Part shown: one piece after another, positions 49,145 through 57,297 of the stretch | How the letters are laid out: every line of letters begins with the position of its first letter | How positions within the stretch are numbered: the first letter of the stretch is position 1 | Virus record (IMG/VR): IMGVR_UViG_3300045988_183245 | DNA from: a virus | Length of the DNA: 64,000 nucleotides | Direction: 5' to 3' (one strand) | Notes under the pieces: model-generated | Database searches by the model: none | What the model was told of the DNA's origin: nothing | What the model saw: only the letters and a program-made list of their open reading frames with translations | Position numbers and translations under genes: made by a program

Positions 49145-49506
49145 TCCAGACACCCTTTCGCTTCCTTCCGCCAAAGGTATCTGGGGTATTGTACTGCATT
49201 GCGTGTAGTACGGCCAATCAGGCGCGGAACTCCGAAACCATACCACGAAGAATTTTATCCTCTCCGCGCAGCATGGACATGCGATTTTACGGGGATAAAT
49301 TCAAACCGAAATTGTGTCGAGTGGCGAAGACGGTTGCGGCACTGGCGAAGCACATATCTGCTTCGTCAACCATCCATGAGAAAGCCTCCACGCGGCGGAT
49401 GGTGGGCAACGCAGCAAAGCTGCGGCTGATTTCTCCTTAAATCGGTATCTGAATAAATGCAGATAGATAATCACAAAAAAATTAAAAGAACAAAGGAGTA
49501 CACAGC

Positions 49507-50640
49507 ATGAGCAATCAGAAAATCATGAAAGCAATCGCAGGGATTGCAGCAGCCGGTATGATGGCAACTTGTCTGCCTGTCGCAGCGTTCGCAGCCACCG
49601 GTGACACCTACCATTTCTCTTTCAGCAATGGTTCTTCCCAGGACCTGGCTCCGGGCGGTTCTATGACGTTCCCGGCAAGTCAGTATGACTACGGCTACTG
49701 GATTACCCTGCAAGGCCATGGCGGGTATACCTACAACTACTATCCCGGCGACACTCTGCCGTACGATGCAGTTGACCAGTGGTTCACCACTGACGGCATC
49801 ACTTCCTGCTATGCGGCTGAGGGCAATCCGCGTTCCATCACCATCAACTACCAGATTGACGGCAACACGGTGCTGACCGAGACTGACACCGCCACTTTCC
49901 CGGGCAGTGTTGATGGTCAGAGTGTTGAAGCCTGGACCACGGATTCCGGTGATACTTACACCGCATCCAGCAAGAGCCTGAACCATGACCGCCTGTTCTA
50001 CTACCTGGGCGACGACATCCACGACAACGTCCTGACCCTGAAAGCCACTTCTGCATCCACTCCCGACGACGGCAAGGATGACAACAAGGGCGATGACAAG
50101 GGTGATGTTACCAAACCCGACGATAAGGACGACAACACTGGTGACAATACCGGTGACAACGGCACCACCACTCCTGATGACAAGGGCGACGTTGTGGCTC
50201 CTGATAAGGGCAACACCGGCAAAGACAACACTTCTACCGGCTCCAATAAGGGTAACGGTACTACCACCACTACTCCGACCGCTCCTCGCAAAAACGTTGA
50301 GGTTTCTGAACATGGTGAAATTGCCGCCGCTATTGCCAATGGCACCTGGGGCAATGAGTACACCGTCTGTACCAGCTGTGGCTATCACAACTGGACCCGC
50401 AAGGGTAACGTTTACGTCTGTGACCATTGTGGTCATGAAGTCCTGACTGTTAAGGGCGCTGATGGCGTCAAGGGCTATGCTGGTACTCTGGCTGGCAACG
50501 AGCCCCAGTACGCTTCTACCTCTGAAGCTCAGGCTGCTGCTGAAAAGCGTGAAGCCGCTTATGCCGCTTCCATCGCTGCTCTGCAGGCACAGGTTGCCGC
50601 TCGTGAAGCTGCTTATGCCGCTTCCCTGGGCATCCACTAA
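49507..50640 (+). CDS. secreted Thr/Asp/Gly-rich repeat protein with a C-terminal zinc-ribbon-like CxxC..CxxC
   Basis: Signal peptide MKAIAGIAAAGMMATCLPVAAFAA; repeats D(D)KG(D/N)..; CTSCGYHNW...CDHCGHE. The antisense 388-aa ORF is rejected. Confidence 0.6.
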   Translation: MSNQKIMKAIAGIAAAGMMATCLPVAAFAATGDTYHFSFSNGSSQDLAPGGSMTFPASQYDYGYWITLQGHGGYTYNYYPGDTLPYDAVDQWFTTDGITSCYAAEGNPRSITINYQIDGNTVLTETDTATFPGSVDGQSVEAWTTDSGDTYTASSKSLNHDRLFYYLGDDIHDNVLTLKATSASTPDDGKDDNKGDDKGDVTKPDDKDDNTGDNTGDNGTTTPDDKGDVVAPDKGNTGKDNTSTGSNKGNGTTTTTPTAPRKNVEVSEHGEIAAAIANGTWGNEYTVCTSCGYHNWTRKGNVYVCDHCGHEVLTVKGADGVKGYAGTLAGNEPQYASTSEAQAAAEKREAAYAASIAALQAQVAAREAAYAASLGIH

Positions 50641-50723
50641 TTTGCCATCCTCTAACTAACGGTAATCGATAGTTTTTTCTCCTTGCTGTGGGGCGGGATT
50701 TCGGTCCCGCCCCATCCTTTTGT

Positions 50724-50811
50724 GGTCAGATGTCCGAGTGGTTTAAGGAACTGGTCTTGAAAACCAGCGACGCCGCAAACGTCCGTGGGTTCAAATCCCA
50801 CTCTGACCGCC
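50724..50811 (+). tRNA. tRNA-Ser (TGA)
   Basis: Class II tRNA: acceptor ggtcaga / tctgacc, anticodon loop ctTGAaa, long variable arm, T-arm gtggg-ttcaaat-cccac, CCA encoded. A terminator gccggggtttcccggcTTTTT follows. Confidence 0.7.
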
Positions 50812-51199
50812 AAATTTTTGCCGGGGTTTCCCGGCTTTTTGTTTTTGTGAGCAACACAAGGCAACAGATTGCTATATCGAATAGGGTTATGTATACAACT
50901 GGAGCGTCAAAAGGAAAAGCACGAGGACTCCCGTTCTGGAAACAACGAATGGTTCTGCTGAAATCAAGGTGCCAATCGACCTGGCTTTGGCTGACTATGA
51001 GTCCAGGATGGCTGAGCCTTTAAGCGAGTTGTGTTCGTGTGAGGACATACCGTTCTCGAATGCAATAGCGCGGATTGCTGCTTGGAGACCGGTCAAACAA
51101 TGAGTGCGGGCCTGCCATTATTTTTACGAAAAGCCTTGACTTTGACTTTTACATATTGTATAATTAAGACGCTGAATTTGATGAAAGGAAAATTGCACG

Positions 51200-51301
51200 A
51201 TGTTTGCTGCTATGATGAACAAACAGAATAAATTGCAAAAGCTGTGGAGCAATTGGAATCTCTTCGGCTGTTTTTGTGTTGTCTGTTTGTGCAAATCATA
51301 G
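51200..51301 (+). CDS. possible small Cys-rich hydrophobic peptide (33 aa)
   Basis: MFAAMMNKQNKLQKLWSNWNLFGCFCVVCLCKS. It lies downstream of a strong sigma-A-like promoter TTGACT-17-TATAAT (about 51140-51170) and an RBS aaagga. Confidence 0.3.
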   Translation: MFAAMMNKQNKLQKLWSNWNLFGCFCVVCLCKS

Positions 51302-51469
51302 TACAGTGATGGTTGAATAAAATCAGCCAAGTATCGGTTGTTTTCCGCACTCTGCACGATATGAGCACCTGTCAGACACACAACGCCTGATGGGTGCTTT
51401 TTTGATGCAGAAAATCAGAATCAGGTCACTCTAATGCCGCTGGAGTGAATTCCAGCCAGGCTTATTAAA

Positions 51470-51850
51470 GTGTATGCTATTATACAGAATGTATATTCGA
51501 GGATTCGCCAAACGGTAAGGCATCAGGCTTTGACAAACGAAACAGAACAATCGCTAAAAGAGTCTCTGCAGCAGACCGCCGAAACCATAAAAATCAATAT
51601 TGTAGAAATGGAATGCATGCCTGACCATATTCACCTGTTGGTGGAGTGTTCACCGCAGCATTTTATCCCGGATATGATAAAAGTGCTTAAAGGCAACAGT
51701 GCAAGAGCTATTTTTATCGCCAATCCGGACTTGAAGAAGCAACTTTTGGGCGGGCATCTTTGGAACCCAAGCTACTTTATTGCAACCGCCAGTGATAACA
51801 CGCGCAAACAAGTACAAGAATACATTGCATCTCAAAAAATAAGAAACTGA
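51470..51850 (+). pseudogene. tnpA: tnpA (IS200-type Y1 transposase), N-terminally truncated (GTG start; the first beta-strand is missing)
   Basis: Has the HUH motif MPDHIHLLV and WNPSYFIATAS, but no upstream in-frame sequence for the conserved N-terminal strand (a stop lies 5 codons upstream). Confidence 0.55.
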
Positions 51851-51868
51851 TGAAATGGGGGCTTCGCA

Positions 51869-53200
51869 GTGGAAATCACTTCCAGCTATGCTGTGGAAAT
51901 CAAAAAGCAGAAAATGTTCGACAATACTATAAAGATTTATCGCGAAGCCGTTTCTTTCTTGATTGGTTGTTTTAACAAAGAATGGGATTCTATTCAAAAA
52001 GTAGAGGGTGCCAAATCTCGAAAGAGTTTTGCCGAGAAGTTAATTCATACTACAAAATACAGCACTGCTAAATATGATTTCGATGCCAAGTTTTATAAGT
52101 TCCCTAGTTACCTGCGCAGAGCGGCTATTCAAGCAGCACTCGGCTCTGTAAGCAGCTACTACAGTAGCCATAAGAACTGGGAAGCAAACGGCAAGGTTGA
52201 CAGGGAGCCAAAACTTCAATGCGATAGATTTTGCTTCCCGGCTTTTTATAAGACCGTTATGTATGAGGAAAGCAACAAACCAAACCAGTGCTATCTGAAG
52301 CTGTATAAAAACAATGACTGGGTTTGGATTCCTATTGCAATGCGTGCCACCGATGTCAAATACATCACGAAATACTGGTCACATTGCGAAAAGAGTGCTC
52401 CCTCCCTCGAAAAGAAGTATGGAAAATATTTTCTTCGCTTCGCTTTCGTGGAGAAGGTAGAACTCTCTGAAACTGAAATTCAAGACAGGCGTATCTGCGC
52501 TGTAGACCTTGGCCTCAATACTGACGCCGTGTGCAGCATCATGACTGCCGATGGAACTGTCCTTGCAAGAAAATTTATCAATTTTGCAAGTGAAAAAGAC
52601 CATCTGTATCATGTGCTCAACCGTATTAAGCGTAAGCAAAGAGAACATGGACCTAAGAGTGCTGCTGCTATGTGGCGTTACGCCAAAGCCTTGAATAACG
52701 ATATAGCGAAAAAGGTTGCTGCTGCGATTACTGAATTTGCTGTGCTTTATTCTGTAGATGTGATTGTTTTTGAACATTTGTCATTTACAGGCAAAAAGCA
52801 CGGTGGCAGTAAGGCACAGAAGCTGTCGATGTGGAAGCGTAATTCTATACAGGATTATGTGGAACACAAGGCGCACCGCTGCGGTATCCGGATTTCGCGT
52901 ATCTGTGCTTGGGGGACAAGCAAACTCGCCTTTGATGGCAGTGGTGCTCTCAAGCGTGATGAAACCAATCGTGCCCTTGCAACGTTTGCAAGCGGCAAAC
53001 AATACAACTGCGACCTAAGTGCGAGCTACAATATTGGCGCTCGCTACTTTGTCAGAGAGTTGCTAAAACCCTTGCCAGCGATGGTAAGGTCTCAGCTTTC
53101 GGCTAATGTTCCGGATGTTGAGCGTAGAATCCAAGTTACACTTGCCACGCTTAAAGTTCTGTATCCTGAGCTTAAAAAACTCAGTACACAGGCAGCGTAA
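51869..53200 (+). CDS. tnpB: TnpB-like RuvC-fold protein with a degenerate zinc finger (443 aa)
   Basis: AVDLGLNT (RuvC-I), VIVFEHL (RuvC-II), WGTSK...CDLSASYNIGARYF (RuvC-III analogue). There is no CxxC pair. Confidence 0.6.
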   Translation: MEITSSYAVEIKKQKMFDNTIKIYREAVSFLIGCFNKEWDSIQKVEGAKSRKSFAEKLIHTTKYSTAKYDFDAKFYKFPSYLRRAAIQAALGSVSSYYSSHKNWEANGKVDREPKLQCDRFCFPAFYKTVMYEESNKPNQCYLKLYKNNDWVWIPIAMRATDVKYITKYWSHCEKSAPSLEKKYGKYFLRFAFVEKVELSETEIQDRRICAVDLGLNTDAVCSIMTADGTVLARKFINFASEKDHLYHVLNRIKRKQREHGPKSAAAMWRYAKALNNDIAKKVAAAITEFAVLYSVDVIVFEHLSFTGKKHGGSKAQKLSMWKRNSIQDYVEHKAHRCGIRISRICAWGTSKLAFDGSGALKRDETNRALATFASGKQYNCDLSASYNIGARYFVRELLKPLPAMVRSQLSANVPDVERRIQVTLATLKVLYPELKKLSTQAA

Positions 53201-53464
53201 GATGTAGGCTAACTGTGACAATTAGCTTTCTTGCGGTGAGTTTGTTCTTCGGGACTTGCTTGCTGAGGGATTGCTGTACCATTTCGTTAGCAAGTTCCTC
53301 TCCTTAAAAGAAGGGAAGCCCGCGACTTTAGTCGTGGGAGGATTCACCCTGACAACGGTTGTTCGACTCGACCATTCTCGACCAACGCTCACTTTCATGC
53401 GCATCGGAAGTGAGATTCCTCAAAGCTGTGTTCCCATAAGCAAGGCACGGAAGATGCGCGACAA

Positions 53465-53541
53465 GTGCTCGTAACTCAATCGGTAGAGTACCCGACTTTT
53501 AATCGGGGTGTTCGGGATTCGATTTCCCGCGAGCGCACCAT
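53465..53541 (+). tRNA. tRNA-Lys (TTT)
   Basis: Anticodon arm cccga-ctTTTaa-tcggg, T-arm cggga-ttcgatt-tcccg, CCA encoded. Confidence 0.7.
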
Positions 53542-53571
53542 GCCCGGCAGAGCATTATCTGCCACTTTTGT

Positions 53572-53647
53572 GGGTGTATAGCTCAGTAGGCAGAGCGGCG
53601 GACCGTTAATCCGTTTGTCGCAGGTTCAAATCCTGCTACGCCCGCCA
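53572..53647 (+). tRNA. tRNA-Asn (GTT)
   Basis: Anticodon loop ccGTTaa, D-arm gctcagtaggcagagc, CCA encoded. Confidence 0.7.
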
Positions 53648-53650
53648 TAA

Positions 53651-53728
53651 GCTCCTCTGGTGAAATTGGCAGACACAGTGCGCTCAAACCGCACCGTTTT
53701 GAGGGTTCGAATCCCTCGGGGAGTACCA
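53651..53728 (+). tRNA. atypical tRNA, anticodon CAA (Leu-like D-arm but short variable arm)
   Basis: D-arm tggtgaaattggcagacac resembles tRNA-Leu; anticodon arm gtgcg-ctCAAac-cgcac. The variable region is only about 6 nt, and there is no class II extra arm. Confidence 0.45.
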
Positions 53729-53757
53729 TGTCCGACAGTACAACAACTGCCATTTAT

Positions 53758-53833
53758 GGGTTGTTAGCTCAGCTGGTAGAGCAACGGACCGTTAATCCGT
53801 GGGCCGCAGGTTCGAATCCTGCACAACCTGCCA
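53758..53833 (+). tRNA. tRNA-Asn (GTT), second copy
   Basis: gctcagctggtagagc D-arm, loop ccGTTaa, CCA encoded. Confidence 0.7.
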
Positions 53834-53836
53834 TAT

Positions 53837-53911
53837 GCTCCAGTGGCGAAACTGGCAAACGCGGCGGATTTAAGCTCCGCTTATTTCTGAGTTCGACTCT
53901 CAGCTGGAGCA
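53837..53911 (+). tRNA. atypical tRNA, anticodon TAA (Leu-like, short variable arm, no encoded CCA)
   Basis: Acceptor gctccag / ctggagc, anticodon arm gcgga-ttTAAgc-tccgc, T-arm ctgag-ttcgact-ctcag. The variable region is about 6 nt. Confidence 0.45.
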
Positions 53912-53918
53912 TCCATAT

Positions 53919-53984
53919 AGGGGTGTAGCTCAATTGGTAGAGCAGCGGTCTCCAAAACCGCTTGTTGCATGTTCGAGTCGTGTT
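53919..53984 (+). tRNA. tRNA-Trp (CCA)
   Basis: Anticodon arm gcggt-ctCCAaa-accgc, D-arm gctcaattggtagagc, CCA encoded. A terminator agccgtcc...gggcggcTTTTTT follows at 54009-54042. Confidence 0.65.
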
Positions 53985-54359
53985 ACCCCTGCCACAATAA
54001 GAAAAGCCGTCCTTTTGAGGGCGGCTTTTTTGCTTTGGAGAGTATACAGACCAAAAACTAAACTACAAGTTGATTGCAAATGTGCAAAAACATGCTATAA
54101 TAATATCAGAACGAAACGAAAGGAGATACCCCAAAATGCTGTGCAACACTGTTAATGTAATGTCGTATGAGTATAGTTATGAATCTGAGTTCAGCTCTTA
54201 TGAACGCAGTTTTATTTCTCATACTCCTCGACAGGCAAAAACAGACCATGTACAGATGCGGTGCGTCTTCTAAGCGATAACTGCATTTTCACACGCTGCT
54301 TGTCGAGATTTCGGCAGGCAGCTTTTTTGTTGCCTGCAATACAGAAAGGCAGCGAAAAA

Positions 54360-54581
54360 ATGAACGTTCCAACCATCGATATCCAGCAGACAGGTGCCAA
54401 TATCAAGGCCCTGCGAAAAGCAGCAGGCATCAAGGTGAAGGATGTGGCAGACACGCTCGGTGTGTCTCCGCAGGCGGTTGCTAAATGGCAAGCCGGAACA
54501 GCGCTTCCCACCATCGATAACCTTGTGATATTAGCAGCGATGCTCGATACGAAAATTGATGACATCCTTGTCATCGCATAA
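54360..54581 (+). CDS. XRE-family HTH transcriptional regulator (73 aa)
   Basis: IKALRKAAGIKVKDVADTLGVSPQAVAKWQAG is a classic Cro/C1-type HTH. Confidence 0.65.
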   Translation: MNVPTIDIQQTGANIKALRKAAGIKVKDVADTLGVSPQAVAKWQAGTALPTIDNLVILAAMLDTKIDDILVIA

Positions 54582-54610
54582 ACCCTCGCCGCAGGATTGC
54601 GGCTTTATAT

Positions 54611-54690
54611 GGCCCGTTGGACGAATTGGTAGAGTTGCCGCCCTTTCACGGCGGAGATTATTGTGGGTTCGAAACCCACACGGGTCACCA
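54611..54690 (+). tRNA. tRNA-Glu (TTC)
   Basis: Anticodon arm ccgcc-ctTTCac-ggcgg, T-arm gtggg-ttcgaaa-cccac, CCA encoded. Confidence 0.65.
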
Positions 54691-54693
54691 TCT

Positions 54694-54770
54694 GCTTCTG
54701 TAGCTCAGTTGGTAGAGCAGCGGTCTGAAGAACCGCGTGTCGCTGGTTCGATTCCAGCCGGGAGCACCAT
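54694..54770 (+). tRNA. tRNA-Phe (GAA)
   Basis: D-arm gctcagttggtagagc, anticodon arm gcggt-ctGAAga-accgc, CCA encoded. Confidence 0.7.
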
Positions 54771-54772
54771 AT

Positions 54773-54857
54773 GTGCCGGTATGCAAGTGGTTAAAGCAAA
54801 CGGTCTGTAAAACCGCTCCGTTACGGTTCGCTGGTTCGAATCCAGCCCGGCACACCA
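54773..54857 (+). tRNA. tRNA-Tyr (GTA)
   Basis: Class II tRNA with anticodon loop ctGTAaa and a long variable arm; acceptor gtgccgg / ccggcac, CCA encoded. Confidence 0.7.
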
Positions 54858-54860
54858 TAA

Positions 54861-54934
54861 GGCCCCTTCGACAAGTTGGTCCAAGTCGCCAGCCTCTCAA
54901 GCTGGAGTCGGCAGTTCGAGTCTGCCAGGGGTCA
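54861..54934 (+). tRNA. tRNA, anticodon CTC (Glu-like); no encoded CCA
   Basis: Anticodon arm ccagc-ctCTCaa-gctgg, T-arm ggcag-ttcgagt-ctgcc, acceptor ggcccct / aggggtc. Confidence 0.5.
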
Positions 54935-54965
54935 TACAAGCACCTATGTCAAAAAGGTGCATCAT

Positions 54966-55055
54966 GCAGAGGTCGCCTAACGGTAGGGCAGCAGCTTGCT
55001 AAGCTGCCGTCGCGGAAATCGCGGCATGTGAGTTCGAATCTCACCCTCTGCGCCA
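54966..55055 (+). tRNA. tRNA-Ser (GCT)
   Basis: Class II tRNA: anticodon arm cagc-ttGCTaa-gctg, long variable arm, acceptor gcagagg / cctctgc, CCA encoded. Confidence 0.7.
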
Positions 55056-55058
55056 TCT

Positions 55059-55146
55059 GCTTGCTTGTTCGAGTGGTTGATGAAATCGGTCCAGAAAACC
55101 GACGATGGGAGACTGTCCGAAGGTTCGAATCCTTCAGCAAGCGCCA
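55059..55146 (+). tRNA. class II tRNA, anticodon uncertain (loop CCAGAAA)
   Basis: Acceptor gcttgct / agcaagc, long variable arm, T-arm gaagg-ttcgaat-ccttc, CCA encoded. The anticodon loop has C33, so the isotype cannot be assigned. A terminator gccctca...tgagggcTTTTT follows at 55151-55195. Confidence 0.5.
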
Positions 55147-55505
55147 CTGCCCTCATTCTGTGCGGTATCCGTGCAGGTGAGGGCTTTTTCTTTTGCTTTT
55201 CGCTTCGAATTTCGGACTCGAATGGCGTTAATGGTCGGATATTCTTGATTATACATGCCTTTGCTGTATGGCAAATAGCTCCAAACAGTATTGGTTTTTA
55301 CACCCAATTCTTCTGCAATTTCAGGAACTGACATACCGTTCGCACGCAGCTTCCCGATTTTTTCTGATGTTTCATCTGACCATGCCCCGGCTGTAATCAG
55401 TATTTTGCGCACTTTCTGCAATGAGATGCCTGCACGTTTGGCAATGGTTCTTCTAGGTATACCTTGCTCATGGAGCCGGAGAACCGTCTGCATTGTCGCG
55501 TCCAT
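55134..55505 (-). CDS. HTH-repeat protein (two units)
   Basis: Two G(I/M)S..(K/E)IA...G(I/V)S...V motifs; same repeat family as the tandem-HTH genes. Confidence 0.5.
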   Translation of the reverse strand: MDATMQTVLRLHEQGIPRRTIAKRAGISLQKVRKILITAGAWSDETSEKIGKLRANGMSVPEIAEELGVKTNTVWSYLPYSKGMYNQEYPTINAIRVRNSKRKAKEKALTCTDTAQNEGSGAC

Positions 55506-55798
55506 CTTGTCAGTACCTCGCCGTTATCGATTTTTGTATTGCCCTAATTGTTGTACTTTAATCATACAGCAAAGCAACAAAATTGTCCAGAAAGCAAAAG
55601 TGCCTTCATTTGTAACTGATTCATCCGTTCGGAACGATATCGAAAATACCTTGATATTATTCCGATGCAATATTCCGATAAGCCGACTTTGTTCCGCAAA
55701 TTGTGGATTGGATTCCTACCAAAGTTTGAAAGCAGAATGTTTCATCTATAGCTGCAAGGCTTTGGTGAGGACGTTCACGGAATCAGTCCTTGACACCT

Positions 55799-55818
55799 CC
55801 CACGATTGAAATCGTGGG
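55799..55818. repeat. solo IS200/IS605 end-hairpin palindrome cccacgattgaaatcgtggg
   Basis: A 34-bp stretch (ttgacacctcccacgattgaaatcgtgggattcc) is identical to the RE-side end of the IS at 9148-9181. No tnp gene is adjacent here. Confidence 0.55.
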
Positions 55819-56005
55819 ATTCCCCGGCCTTCGTTTGGTAAATCTAACGGCAGGATACTGCTCAAAGGTACAAATCCTTCAGCAAACGTCACAATCTCCA
55901 AAGTCAGCGATTGTTCGTAAATTTATGGGGGACTGCTTTCTTGTTTAGCACCACAATTTGTGATATAATAGCGAAAGAAAACAATGAATAATGGAGTGCC
56001 ATAAA

Positions 56006-56242
56006 ATGCAGAAATACGATTTCATCAAGAAGCAATATACGCCGTACACCCCACCTCAGAACGGGCATTGCGACATCATGGTTCATGCCAACGAAGAACT
56101 CAATTGTGCTGCGTGCGGACGTACCATCAACGAGCACAACGCATATACGTCTGCGGCCATCCAGAACGATATTGGCATTGGCTATCTGATTTGCAAAAGC
56201 TGCTATGAGCACGAGCTCGAAATCAGAAAAGCTGTAAAATAA
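56006..56242 (+). CDS. small Cys-containing protein (78 aa)
   Basis: RBS aatggag; C..C...C..C pattern (CAACGRT...CKSC). Confidence 0.45.
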   Translation: MQKYDFIKKQYTPYTPPQNGHCDIMVHANEELNCAACGRTINEHNAYTSAAIQNDIGIGYLICKSCYEHELEIRKAVK

Positions 56243-56246
56243 GGGT

Positions 56247-56277
56247 CTAGCCGCCTCCATAAGGAGGCGGCTTTTTT
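56247..56277 (+). terminator. rho-independent terminator
   Basis: tagccgcctcc-ataa-ggaggcggct followed by a T6 run. Confidence 0.65.
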
Positions 56278-56382
56278 GCTTGTAAAAATATGTATAAACT
56301 GTTACCATTTAGCGCTTTCCGTTGTGAGAAATTGCGAATCGCGGTATAATGAAAGGGTAAAAAGTGAAAGGATTTTTGCCGT

Positions 56383-57054
56383 ATGTACATTGATTTCACG
56401 AGCAAGCAGTACTTCTTCATTCTGCACGCTCTTGCTGTTATGATAACGTTTTATAGCAACGATTTTTCCTCTATCTGCAAAGAGGTTGGAGAGGCTTATG
56501 GAGCAAGCGAAGCAGACATTGCAAGTGCTTGCGCTGCTCTGACAGCTGTAAACGTAACGGCACCTGTCAAAAGTTTATCTAACAAGTGCAGCGACATTCT
56601 GGAAGATATACTGCATCATGCACGGGAACTGCCGGGAAAGGACGCTCCATATAAATACAGTGTTAGCTTAGATGTCTCTTCCTGGAAAGCCGTTGCCGAT
56701 GCGTTGGATACATACTCTCGTGTTTTGATGGGTCAATTTGGCGTCATCTATGAAGCACTTGATATTTCTGGTAACGATGAGCAGCACCTTCAGGCGTACC
56801 ATGATGCCCGCTGGAATGGAGTAGGTATCATTGAAACCCGAGACCTTCTGATTCCACAGCTTAAAAAGATTGGCGTTGGCTGGAACGGAAACTTTGGTAT
56901 TTCCAATTCAGGACTCGCTTATAACAGCAAACTGGCATATGAGATTCTCAAGACAATTCGATACGCGACAGAGAAACGAGATAGCTCCGTTCTGAAAGTC
57001 ACAGACGAGCCATTGCCGCGTGCTGAAGGTTCTTCCCAAATTAGAGCACTGTAA
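56383..57054 (+). CDS. hypothetical protein (223 aa)
   Basis: ORF with the promoter-motif variant at 56321-56349. Confidence 0.45.
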   Translation: MYIDFTSKQYFFILHALAVMITFYSNDFSSICKEVGEAYGASEADIASACAALTAVNVTAPVKSLSNKCSDILEDILHHARELPGKDAPYKYSVSLDVSSWKAVADALDTYSRVLMGQFGVIYEALDISGNDEQHLQAYHDARWNGVGIIETRDLLIPQLKKIGVGWNGNFGISNSGLAYNSKLAYEILKTIRYATEKRDSSVLKVTDEPLPRAEGSSQIRAL

Positions 57055-57075
57055 TTAGATTGGAGGTTTTCCGGG

Positions 57076-57288
57076 GTGGGCGACCACATCATTTCTTTCT
57101 TAGATATCTGCGCAATGCGCGGTCAGCTGGTTTTGGCAAAGGCACCGTCCATTCCGGCTATCGATAATAAAACCGTGTATTGTACCGGAGCTCACAAGCG
57201 AGGAGCGGACCGCTGCATTGTCCTTGACGGCGAGGAGTACAGCCAGATTCTTTTTGTTAACGGAACAATAAAACTGTATTGGCAGTGA
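57076..57288 (+). CDS. hypothetical small protein (70 aa)
   Basis: ORF with RBS ggaggt. Confidence 0.35.
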   Translation: MGDHIISFLDICAMRGQLVLAKAPSIPAIDNKTVYCTGAHKRGADRCIVLDGEEYSQILFVNGTIKLYWQ

Positions 57289-57297
57289 GGTATCATT

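Larger units (their letters stand above)
51465..53340 (+). mobile_element. IS200/IS605-family element with a 5'-truncated tnpA and a zinc-finger-less tnpB
   Basis: tnpA lacks the N-terminal Y.H..W.PKYR strand. The RE-type palindrome cccgcgactttagtcgtggg lies at 53319-53338. Confidence 0.6.

Noticed and set aside
47462-49440. ORFs 47462-47677, 47493-47795 and 49189-49440 as protein-coding genes
   Set aside because: They overlap a tRNA or its leader region, lack RBSs, and share a 28-bp block in different frames, so the conservation is at the nucleotide level rather than the protein level.
49471-50637. 388-aa minus-strand ORF
   Set aside because: Antisense to the secreted repeat-protein gene, which has a clear signal peptide; repetitive low-complexity mirror frame.
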